This document shows, piece after piece, positions 52,563 to 63,828 of a stretch of 64,000 nt of DNA. The notes beneath the pieces are model-generated. The model saw only the letters and a list, made by a program, of their open reading frames with translations, searched no databases and had not been told where the DNA came from. The stretch's first letter is position 1. Every line of letters starts with the position of its first letter. Made by a program: the position numbers and the translations under genes. Origin of the DNA: Carcharhinus longimanus (Eukaryota); the NCBI GenBank assembly GCA_030264375.1, contig JASCQW010000027.1:62292814-62356813 (forward strand). Reading direction: 5' to 3'.

Positions 52563-54582
52563 AAAAGTGTAACAATGTCAATCCTGTCTCTATTGGACAA
52601 AACACTAATCCCTATCCTGTATCCGGGATCATGGAATTAAAATCAGAGAACTTTGATTTCGATTTCTCTTTCCCATCTTTCACCATTTGCAAGAGATTTG
52701 GAAACTGCACTTGATGTCTCCAGAACCATCAAGGAAATCCAAAATAAACAAACACCTTTCCACTTTTATTCCTTAGCACCGCTTTCTCACGACTGTCTTG
52801 AAATGAATCTTTAACAAGATTCTCATCGCTCTGAAAAACAAAATTCAAAATCAGGGCAATGCAATGCATTCCTTGCCAAATTTGTACTTTACATATTTAC
52901 TTACTTGTATAATCTTCAAAACATGTTGAGACCTCTTGCCAGAGCCATACTCATAATCACTTAGATTCCTCTTAAATTATTTTTGTAGTAGATAATTCAG
53001 AATCTATTAACTCAGAGTTTCACATTACCTTGCATACTCTTTCATTCTGCTCATTTTCACATACAATGTCACTTCCATTCAGCATTTCTTCTTTTCTTTA
53101 GGTCATGTGTATTGAATACTTAAATCATCCAATACTCAATTTAATAACTGAATCACTAAATCACTTTCATTTCCTTCAAAAAGGCAAAGAAAATCTTATT
53201 TCTTCCAATTTTTCAAAGAAACTGCGTTCTCTTAATCTTTTCAAAGTGCAGCCTTCAGCTACTATCTATTACTTGGGATAGATTCAACTTTCGTCCTTGG
53301 TTGTCTATCCATATTCCACGTTTCACTGAGTCCAATGCCCATAAGTAGACTCGTACAATTCGACTGCTGGAACATTCACTAAGATAAATCTTATCCTGTG
53401 TGTTAAACATACTAACTTGATGCTTTAACAAATCACTTTTCTAAAATGGACCTTATCGCTTCACTGTTTTTACTCATAGTTTTTTCGCTTACCCAGAGAG
53501 GCGAGCCGTCAGGGGCTTTCGTTTCTGGTCAGAAACTCTAGGGCAGGCAAGATTACAGAGATAAGGCTGGGGAAAGGGACTAGATAGAATGCTCTTTCAG
53601 ACAGCCAGTACAGGCTTGATGGGTTGAATGACCTACTTCTGCTCTTTAAAAACTCTGTGATGCACTTGGATTTTAAAGATGTGAATACACGTGTGGAGAA
53701 TCTGATATTACTCATGTACTTCTGTACATGCCGATCATTTAAATTCTCAACACACTCAATTCTAAATTCAAGACTCAATTCTAAGTAACAGAAAGGGAAA
53801 GGTGCATTTTCTTATCAGCAGTAGTATGTTGGTGCTACTCTGAATCTTACTCAAATGTTGCCCGAATTCCAAATCTGCAGTCCTGCAGATACATTTTTCT
53901 CCCTATGTACCCTTTGAGGTGGAATCAAGACATTCTTTCCCAGGACTTGAAAACTATGGAACCTTTGCCTCCCTCCTATTGCTTTCTTTGGGTTTTTAAA
54001 ACTGAATTGCGACATCAGTTAGCTAATTTATTTCATTATGTGAAACTGTGGCATGCTATAATATGGTTCTAAACAAAAGTTTCTCCGTTATTAAAAAGAT
54101 TAATTTGCATAAATGTTGGCAACAAACTTGTTTGCTATTAATATAGCAATTATTAGCTTATTTCTTTTTTGGACATTAAATAACTTGCGCATAATGTATA
54201 TTTAGCAGCTTTTGATTAAGTTGCACAGAAACATAAAAGCCAATTGGTGTTGAAAATGCACTGCTGATCACATACACATTGTTGCTAGCTATGTTGAGGC
54301 TACAGATCAGACGTAATATATTCCATGGAATAAGTAATAGTGTGAAATTTCATTTGCCAGTGTCAGCTGCTTTGTTGATCAATTCAATTTTCAGTTCAGT
54401 GTAAAATTCCAATCAATTTAGCTGCAGATATGTCCTGTTTGTTGAGTGTAGGTAATGAAAGTGTAACATAATTTGAACGATCAGCTTTCTAGAGTTCCAG
54501 TTTTCCTAAATATTGTGAAGGAAGTATTCAATAAATGCTAAAGAGAAAAAACAATGAAGAAAATTAAGACAAATCAGCTTAC

Positions 54583-54699
54583 CCTTTCCAATGTAAATGT
54601 CCGCACTACATACTCAGCGAGTGGTTCCTCTTCCATGAAAGTAACTTTAAAATCTGCATAAACGTCAGAATCGTCTGGCCAATATTTGTAGCATTTTAC
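54583..54699 (-). CDS. PTPRK: PTPRK coding exon (117 nt): [39 protein letters not shown]
   Basis: ttaag|GTA AAA TGC ... GAA AGG|gtaag; KCxxYWP motif; KCYKYWPDD and [15 protein letters not shown] match PTPRK as I recall it. Confidence 0.96.
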
Positions 54700-55574
54700 C
54701 TTAAGTATTAAAATAAAAATGTTCAAATGATTGACAGCTATAATGGCTATTACAGTTCTGAGTTTTGACATGATAACTTATTGCTTTGTGCTAACTTAGC
54801 TGAAAGACAAACAGTCTTTTCCAAGAAATTTCTTTGCATGTTTGAACACTCAGAATACTTTTCCAACAGATGGAAGTTTTAAATGTTCAAATAACGACAG
54901 GAAAATCCTTGTATTCTAAACACTCAAATCAAGTTCAGGTGGGTCTATAACCAAGATATCCAAAAAATGGACCATTGAGAACATTCAGGTTTTGCACTGT
55001 AACAGACATTCCAGAGACCGCAAGACTATTTTCTACATAAAATCTCATTCTGCTTCCCTTTGAACTTACGCTGCAAGTTTGCATCAACATGAAGCCAAAA
55101 CCACTTCACAAAGATGCTAAACAATTACAGTACAAACATATCCCAAAATTATTTTTTTTTTAGTGTTCAATACCAATTGAACTATATTAGTTCAAAATAT
55201 ATTGTATTACAGAGTGAATTAATCATATGCAATGCAATCTTTCCTTGCAATTGCCTCCTCCTAAAGTGAAATCCTGGTTTCCAAGAAGCCAAATAGACAC
55301 TAATGGAAAGAGACAGGAATTATCTTGTGAAGTTTCCAAGGAAAGACAGCACAAGAATAGGACAGAAATGCAGGAGCAAATAATGAAATTTGTTTGACTT
55401 TGTAGTCAAAAGATATTACATAATAGAAATCCACACAAATTGTCAATAAAAATCATTATCAAAGAGGAAGAAAATCAAAGCACAAAGAGATCTACAAATG
55501 AAATGTCAGTGATCTTTCGATTTTCTGCGTCAACAAAAATTGATATATTTTGATTATTCATTAAAACTCCATGT

Positions 55575-56335
55575 CCGATAGCAACAAGACTTGGACAACA
55601 TTAAGGATTAGATAGTTAAGTGGCAAGTTAGTATTCACACAAAAGTTTGACATTACCATCATTGAATCTCTAACAACAATCTGGGGGTTACCATCGAAAT
55701 TTAACTGAACAAGTAACTTGAATACTGTAGCTAGAAGAGCAGGTCAGAGACTGGAAATTCTGCAGTGAGTAACTACTCAATGTCCGATTCCCCAAAGCCT
55801 GTCCATTATTTACATGGTACAACTCAGGAGTGTGATGGAATATTGTCCACTTGATAGGATGAGTGCAGCTCTAACAAAACTCAAGGTGTTTGACACCATC
55901 CAGGACAACAGAAACTCCCTTGAATGGCACCCCATCCACCTTTGTCAGCATTCACCCTTTTCACTTTCGATACACAATAGCAGCAATGTGTACCATTTAC
56001 AAGATATACCACAGCAACTCACAGGCTTCCTTCAATAGTACCTTACATGCCATGAATTCCATCACCGAGAAAGAGGGGAAGATGGGAAGCATATGGGAAC
56101 ATGACCACCTACAAGTTCCACTTCATGTCACAAATCATCTGAACTTGGAAATGTATCACATTCCTTTATTGTCCCTTGTAAAAATCTTGGAACTCCCGCC
56201 GTAATAATATTTGTGGTGTCTACACCACATAGATTGGAGTGATTCAAGAGATGGTTCATCACCCCTTCTCAAGAGAAATAAAGAATGTACAATAAACACC
56301 AGCTTTACTAGTGATGTCCACACCCCATAAATAAA
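55575..56335 (+). mobile_element. CR1/L2-group LINE 3' fragment
   Basis: QLRSVMEYCPL.RMSAALTKLKVFDTIQD; same tail as 49260-49335. Confidence 0.75.
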
Positions 56336-56397
56336 TTTAAGAATCAATATTTCTTCAAACCTCAAAGCATTTATTTTTTCTGTAAAATCAGACTTAC

Positions 56398-56460
56398 TCT
56401 TCCAACTTCCACCAGATTTGTCACCATGACAATACAAACTGATTGCTCTTGCCAAGCCAT
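56398..56460 (-). CDS. PTPRK: PTPRK coding exon, 5'-truncated by an assembly gap: ...MAWQEQSVCIVMVTNLVEVGR
   Basis: 21 in-frame codons ending GGA AGA|gtaagtc; carries the IVMVTNLVE motif; the upstream part (expected GP...DFWR) is hidden in Ns 56461-56470. Confidence 0.92.
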
Positions 56461-57334
56461 NNNNNNNNNNGATGGAGAAACCATAATATATAAATAAGTA
56501 CAATAACAAAAATGATTCATACACAGATTATTATTACATTAACATTCTGCTTCATTTTTATTCAAGAATATGAATGGCAATTTCTTGAATCTGCACTTAT
56601 GATGTAGAGTTTCACCACCTGGAGTGCATGTCAAGAAATCACAGAAGTGTATCAGTGCAAGGAAGTTCACTTCAGGATTGTGCAGTCAGAAAACTGGCAC
56701 TTTCAGTGAAAGAAATTTCAAAGAAAAGCAAATACTGGAAATTATCAGATAAAACAGAAATTTCTAGAAATTAACTGCAGGTTTACCATAATCTAGAAAT
56801 CTGTACATCATGATTGATGATCGAATGCCACCAACAATAAAGGAGAACAACTGATAGAAGTCAATGGTCATTTTTTGATTTGGATCAAAAAAACCATTAA
56901 TGGGATCATTGGGCCCCAAAATGCTTTTGGGAACACTGTAATGATAATTGGTGGTTCGTATACAAAAATCCTCAAAAGTAATCAGCATTCCTGATTTATC
57001 ATTCTACCTCTTACATTCTCCACCCCCCCGAACTCTCTCATTATTCCCCCCCAAAACTTAAGGTACTCAGTTTCCTTCCATTTCTGATATCTGAAAGAAC
57101 CACCTTTCTTTTATTGTTCAGAAGCTGCTTAACTTGATGTGACTAATGTTTTCTGTGCTTGTTTAAACAAACATTCTTTCTCTATCCATTGACATGAAAT
57201 GTAGAACCTTGAGAAATAATATTTAACATATTGGTATCAATAACTAGAAAATTCATTTAAGTGCATATACTTTAATGTTATGCCAATGCATCTCCTAACA
57301 TTATAATCAACTTAATATATCAAAATGCCGATGA

Positions 57335-57570
57335 AGCTCTGATGAAGTATCATCTAGATTCGAAATATTGGTTTTATTCTCTGTCCACAAATGCTGTCAG
57401 ACCTGAGAGATCTTCCAGAAGTTTTTGTTTNNNNNNNNNNNNNNNNNNNNNNNNNNNNNNNNNNNNNNNNNNNNNNNNNNNNNNNNNNNNNNNNNNNNNN
57501 NNNNNNNNNNNNNNNNNNNNNNNNNNNNNNTATGGTTCAGATTCCAGCATCCACAGTATTATGCTTTTAA
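57335..57570 (+). mobile_element. Second family of hammerhead-bearing (Penelope-derived) short repeat
   Basis: agct-CTGATGA-agtatcatctagattc-GAAA-tatt-ggtt followed by ccacaaatgctgtcagacctg...ttcagattccagcatccacagta; a related copy lies inverted at about 29968-30110. Confidence 0.6.
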
Positions 57571-57799
57571 GCTAAAATTCTACTTTGAAATTAAAATTTG
57601 GAATTGATAAAGCAAACGAAGCAAAAGTTTCAGGAACATGAAAAGCTATAGCAAGGGCATTTATCAAAATTAAGAACGTCAGACCTGAAAATACTGCTGT
57701 TGCATCAAATGCACAAAGTACTGACATACAATGGGAAATTGTTAAGGGGTGATATTCCTTTTTTAATGTTGCTATGTAAATACAAACTTCTTGTTGCTC

Positions 57800-59080
57800 G
57801 TGTGTTATGCAGAGTCCCAGTGCGGACTCCATCCATCCTTTACGTGTCCCTAATGACATGCGACCATGATCTGACAAAAAGATTCACTACAGACCCAATT
57901 CATGTTTGGGCTAGGGTCAAGCAAGGCTGTTGCACAAGATTCTTTTCGATCTTCCTTGTTGAAATACTCCACCTCACCCTCAGCAAGCACCTCACTGACA
58001 TGGAGCTAAACTAAAGAACAAATGGGAATCTGTTCAACCTCTGCCACCTGCCAGTCAGATCCAAGGTCACGCCATCCTCTATCATTGAACTACAGTGCAG
58101 ATAATGTTTGCATCGATGCACACTCAGAGATAGAACTCCAAGCCATCGACGACCATTTCACCGTGGTGGACACGAACATGGACCTTACGTTAAACAGTAT
58201 GGACCAAGGTGCTCTACCAACTTGCCCCCACCTCACAGCACTGCTTCCCAGTTAGCAAAATCCACGATGGCGCCTTGGACAATGCAGACTTCTTATTATA
58301 TTTCAGGAGACAACTATCAACAAGGCCAGACATCAACAACAAGGTTCAACATCACCTTCAGTGGGCCAGTGCAGCTTTTGGTAGCCTGGGAAAGAGTGTG
58401 TTTGAAGACCAGGACCTCAGACCCAGCACCAAGCTCATGGTCTACAGAGCAGTAGTGAAACTTGTCCTCACATATGACTCAGCAGCATAGACTATGTACA
58501 GCAGGCACCTCAAAACCCAGCAAAGTAAAACCAATGCTGCATCTGCAGGATCCTGCAAAACCATTAACTGGATAGGTGCACCAACGTCAGTGCTCTCACT
58601 CAGGCCAACATCTCCAGTATCTAACATTGACCACACTCGAATAGCTATAGTGGGTGGGCCACATTGTCCTCATGCCTGACATGAGGCTCCCAACGTGTTC
58701 TGACTAGAACTTTGACATAATAAGTGAGTCCCAGGAGGACAGAGGAAATGCTTCAGGGACACACTCAAAATCTCCTTGAAAAGTGCAACATCTCCTCTAA
58801 CACTTGGGAATCCCTGGACTAGAACCATCTGAAGTGAAGGGAAAGCATCTTGGATGGAGTTGAATGCTTCAAGTTTCATCACTGAGAGCAAACTAAAGCC
58901 AAGCATCAACAGTGAAATCAGCACGTTGCAACCCGGGCACCCCACCCACCCGTTCTTCCAACCACTATCTTCCCCATTTTGAGAGAGACTCTTGAAGCAA
59001 GTCATCGTCAACTCTGAGGGATTGTCCAAAAAGATGTAAATGCAAGCAAACTGATCCTGTATTGTGCAGGATGGCCAAAG
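57800..59080 (+). mobile_element. Older degenerate RTE LINE 3' fragment
   Basis: RVKQGC, VQHHLQWASAAFGSLGKSVFEDQDLRPSTKLMVYRAVV and GGQRKCFRDTLK remnants with many frameshifts. Confidence 0.8.
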
Positions 59081-59199
59081 ACTATGTCATCACGTACATA
59101 TTTGTACTTTATCCAGGGCTTGATTCCTCCCGTTCAGTTTATTTTTAGAACTTCTAGGAGAAGTGGATTTCCTGCAGTTACCACATTATAACTTGGAAC

Positions 59200-61412
59200 A
59201 GACAAACATACAAACATACAGACAAATTAGGAGTGGGGATTGGCTATTCTGCCCCTTGAACTTGCTCTGCTATTTGATAAGATCATGGCTCATCTGATCA
59301 TGGTCTCAACTCGACTTTCTCATCCACCCCCATAACACTGACTCCCTTGTCTATCAGCTGTAAAAATATTCAATAACCTTTCCTCCATTGCTTTCTCAGG
59401 AAGGGAATCCACAAACCAATCTCCCTTGGAGAGAAAAAAAAGACATAATCTCCAACTTAAATGGGGGACCTCTCATTTATAAACTCTGTACCCTATTGTG
59501 TCCTCTGTGTTTTCTGCACAAGGGGAAACATTCTCTCAACAACCACATGGTCAAGTCCTATCAGGAGCTTATATGTTTCAAGAAGATCACGTCACATCCT
59601 TCTAAACGCCAATGGAAACAGGCCCACCCTGCTCAAACTTTCTTCAAAAGATAATCCCTTCATTCAAGGAATCAGTCAAGTAAACCTTCACTGGTATTGT
59701 ATCGTTCCCAAATAAGGAGACCAAAACTGCCTTAAAAACTGTACGTAATACTCTAGAAGTGGTCTTATCAACATCTTATACAATTGTAGCAAAACTGCTC
59801 TATTTTTATGTTCTGTTGCTATGGAAATAAATGATAACATTCTATTTGCGTTCCTAATTACTTGCTGCATTTATATACTAACTTTTTGTGATTCATATAT
59901 CAAGATATCAGATCCCTCTGTATGATGTTTTACAATGTCAGTTTAAATAATATATTGCTTTTTCATTCTTACTGCTGAAATGAAAGAGTTTATATTTTCC
60001 CACTTTATACTTCAATTGTCAATTTTTGTCCACTCATTTAACCTATTTAAATCTCTTTGTGAATGCTATGTTCTCCATTCAATTTACTTTTCCTACCTCC
60101 CTTAATGTCACCTGCAAATTTAGTAAACATACACTTGGGCCCTTTATCAGAGTAATTAATATAGATTGTTAGTAGTTGAGGCCCTAACATTGATCCTATG
60201 GCACCCAACTGGTTACACCATACCAAACTAAAAATAACACATTTATTTTCCGCCTCTACTTCCTGTTAATGATCAAAGCACTATGCTAACATGTTACCCC
60301 TACATCATGATCTCTTATTTTGCACAGTAATCTTTGAGGTAGCACCATACCAAATGCCTTTTGGAAATCCAAGCACACCACATCCATAAGTTCCCCTTTA
60401 CACACATTACTGTTACAAAAAACCCTTACAACTTAATCAAACATGATTTCCTTTTTGCAAACCATACGGACTGAAAGGTTTTCTAAGTGCCCTGCTCTAA
60501 CATCCTAAATAATAGATTCTGACATTTTCCCGATGACAGACGTAATGACAGGCTAATTGGCCTGTAGTTTACTTCTTTGTGTTTCCTTTCTTTCTTGAAT
60601 AGAGCAGTTGCATTTCCTATTTTCCCACCTAATGGGAATCAAGGGAATTTTAGAAGATTAAAAGTGATGAGTCTACTATCTCTGCAGCCACTTCTTTTAG
60701 AACCCTATGATGAAGTCCATCAAATGCAAGTGATTTATTAGCTTTTAGTTCTAATAGTTTCTCAGTACCCTTTCTCTGGCGATTGCAATTATTTTATGTT
60801 CCTCAGTGCCTGGGAATTTATGAGTCTTCTACACTGCAGACTGACACAAAATAGCTGTTTAATGCTTCTGTCATTTCCTCATTTCATTTCCCATTAGTAA
60901 TTTTCCAGACTCACTCTAGTGAATGACTGCTCACTCAAGTTGTTCTCTTCCTTTTTATATACATTTAGAAACTCCTACCATGTGTTTTCATATTTTCTCA
61001 TACACTCATTTTTCCCTCATTCATTTTTTAGTCACCTTTCCTTTTTTTAAAATTCTTTCGAACCTTTGGATCTACTGATAAGCTTTGCAGAATTGTATGT
61101 TTTTTCTTTCAATTTGATACCATTACTAACTTCGTTCATCAGGCACAGATGGTGTATTTGTTTCCTCGAGATTTTCTTCCTCACTGGAATGTTACAAAAT
61201 ATCTCCTTAAGTGTCTGCCACTGCATTTCTACTGACCTATTTTTCAAGTTCACCTTAGCCAGCTGTGTCTTCATTGCCTTGCAATTTTATTTATTTAAGT
61301 TTTAAACACTACTCTTAAATGCACTCTTCCCTTCCTCTCATTGAATGCAAAATGTTATGATTGATGTTGCCTTTACTTTGAGATAATTAATCAAACCTGC
61401 CTCATTGCACAT
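59200..61412 (-). mobile_element. Long degenerate CR1/HER1 LINE fragment
   Basis: QQVIRNANRMLSFI..LQLYKMLIRPLLEYYVQF, LDFQKAF and SVEMQWQTLKEIF remnants. Confidence 0.82.
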
Positions 61413-61413
61413 T

Positions 61414-61573
61414 ATGTGGGTATGCCAGCGTTGGACTGGTGTAAACACAGTGAAAAGTCTGACAACACCAGGTTTTAGTCCAACCGATTTATTTGACAAT
61501 AGACTCACAAGCTTTCGGGGTTAGTCCCTTCGTCAGGTGAATGGAGAGTTCTGGCCTCAGACAGAGCATATAA
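61414..61573 (-). mobile_element. Penelope terminal repeat running into an N gap
   Basis: Same terminal repeat sequence as 6598-6770 (gttggactgg...acaacaccaggtt..agtccaac..tttatttg). Confidence 0.8.
61503..61542 (-). ncRNA. Minimal type I hammerhead ribozyme motif (Penelope type), intact core
   Basis: Minus strand ATTCAC-CTGACGA-A-GGG-ACTAAC-CCC-GAAA-GC-TT-GTGAGT: 6 bp stem I with one G.U, 3 bp stem II, palindromic AGCT in place of stem III. Confidence 0.7.
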
Positions 61574-61676
61574 ANNNNNNNNNNNNNNNNNNNNNNNNNN
61601 NNNNNNNNNNNNNNNNNNNNNNNNNNNNNNNNNNNNNNNNNNNNNNNNNNNNNNNNNNNNNNNNNNNNNNNNNNAC

Positions 61677-61713
61677 CTTGTGTTGCTATATAATGACTCG
61701 GCCTGTGATACCC
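61677..61713 (-). CDS. PTPRK: PTPRK coding exon (37 nt), D1 domain: GYHRPSHYIATQ(G)
   Basis: Minus strand reads ccttttctcatttatag|GGG TAT CAC AGG CCG AGT CAT TAT ATA GCA ACA CAA G|gt then N gap; matches the conserved PTP motif YIATQGP; not in the ORF track. Confidence 0.93.
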
Positions 61714-62001
61714 CTATAAATGAGAAAAGGTTCATAAATCTACATGATCTGAAAAGAGGATTGGTCTGCTCTCCACCAATCCAATTGGGAGATATGTACA
61801 ACATGAAAGTCCTCCATTTACATTGTGAATATGTGCTGACAGTAAGTTTACATCCCTACATAAAGCACCAATATGTTAAAGGTCAGTCAGCTGAATTGAA
61901 TTGCAACAATTTCCACCAAGTGGAATAAAGACCAAAAGCCACTTAAGAACGAGGATTTGAACCATTTACCCAAATTGAACAAGAAGAAAGTTGCAAAGCA
62001 A

Positions 62002-62138
62002 GGGCTGGAATTCTCTGGCCAATTGTACCACGCCATCGCTGCAAGCGAGAACAAATATTCTGACGCTCAGCCAAATCTCCATTCACCACAGTGGGACCAG
62101 AGAATCCCGCCAGCATGAACGGCTAGTGAATTCTGGTC
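62002..62138. repeat. MITE-like repeat
   Basis: ggctggaattctct / agtgaattctggtc imperfect inverted termini; core ccatt...gggaccagagaatcccgcc. Confidence 0.5.
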
Positions 62139-63595
62139 AAGTTATTTTGATCAAAGAATTGATTACAATGATCGCGCTGCAAGATGATAGACAAGACCAC
62201 GCATTTTCTTGCTTGACTTTCCAAAATATGACAGGTAAACAGCATTTCAGTGACCTTACATAGTATGGTACTTGTGAACATCTTTCTCATAAACTTAAGG
62301 CTTATAACAGAAACAGAAATGATAGACTAAATGACGGTATATTATATTGCAACAGTGTATGCGATATGACTTACCAGAAGTAACCCTTTTATTTCATTAA
62401 AAAAACAATTGATTAAAACATACAAGCAAATCTGGTGAAGGGAATGTCATCTAACAAAGCACAATAAATAACATGAATAAATAAAAGCACAAAAGGATGC
62501 TTGCAAATAATAAAGCTACAGTGAAAATTAATGGTGCATTTATACTGCCATTATAACAATGCCATGATGCAGTTTCAGCTTTGCAGCAAAATTAAAGCTG
62601 TAATATCAACTTAGAATCAGGCAGAAGAAGCACTGAGAGATTCCTGAAAGGGTGGGCTTTAATCGGATTTTAAAAGTTCTCAGACATTTTTGAAACATAC
62701 CTGGCTTCAGTAAAATGGTTAGAGTGCATGTGCTTGCATCTTGACTCCTTGAGTGTTTTCAATTTTAATTCTTTTATGTATTCCAACTAGGGAACATAAA
62801 ATAGGTAGTCTCTGGCTGGAATCCATACTCCAGCCATGAGACTCAGACCATGACTGGCTTTCGTTTGAGACCGCGTGGAAGAGACAAAAGGAGGGAGGGA
62901 GAGAGAAACTTTAAAAAATCCTTTTTGAAACTATCTAAAAATGAAATTTAAATACAGCATAGATGTGAGATTCAGGGCATTGTCTGTCATTGATATGCCT
63001 GAACAAAAACAAATTTCAAATATGTTTTTTTTTGAAAAAAGGATGAGGTGTAATATCTAGCCAACCTGATTGAAGTATCTTGCTTGTTTCAGTACTTCAA
63101 ATACATATTTATTTACAGTGCTACAGTGGATGTCATGATGACTCATTGCTTACAGTGGTTCTGTTGGAAACGTTCTATGCAGGAAGCATTTGAATGAAGA
63201 GTGTTATACAAATGCAGGCATAAAATGTAGCCGTATTGAAAAATCTGAGCTTAATTAACATTTTGAGCTTCATGAAAATCTATTACAATATTTTTCATTT
63301 ATTGAAAGGAAATTTTCACATTCAATTATTGATACTTAAACAAAAGAGGTACATCGAAAGCTGAAAACATGGTGTGAACAGTGGACAATTTTTTTCCTCA
63401 ATGCAGAGAAGCAGAATTAGAAGCAAGCATGTGAAATTTTGCTCAGCTGAAATTCAATATTAACATTTTCTAAAAACTTGGACTTTAATCTTGGAATCCT
63501 GTTGCTGCTACAAATCTTGGTGAAAAGGTTGGTAATTTACATGATAAATTCTGTGTGGCTATTTTCATTAACAAGTTATTCATGTTTGTGATGAT

Positions 63596-63828
63596 GATAT
63601 GGAGATGCTGGCGTTGGACTAGGGTGGACACAGTAAGAAGTCTCACACAACAGGTTAATGTCCAAAGGTTTATTTGGAATCAAGAGCTTTCGGAGCACTG
63701 CTCCTTCATCAGGTGAGTCTGCGAAGTCACAGTAAACACACCTGATGAAGGAGCAGCTCTCCGAAAGCTCATGATTCCAACTAAACTTGTTGGACTTTAA
63801 CCTGATATTGAGAGACTTTTTAATGTGT
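63596..63828. mobile_element. Fold-back Penelope terminal-repeat element with a hammerhead core on each strand
   Basis: Arms about 63628-63715 and 63739-63828 are inverted; both carry CTGATGA-A-GGAG..CTCC-GAAAGCTC. Confidence 0.85.

Noticed and set aside
61846-61875. Possible IWLYRD-type 18-nt microexon (minus strand ...AGG GAT|gtaaac), expected from recalled PTPRK isoforms
   Set aside because: No AG 18 nt upstream and the codons (GALCRD) do not match; the nearby agATTTGGCTG at about 62068-62078 lies in a MITE-like repeat and lacks a donor.
62368-62387. ag|GGTTACTTCTG|gtaagtc, an 11-nt microexon-like pattern on the minus strand
   Set aside because: Good donor but purine-rich acceptor and frame-shifting length; no supporting homology.
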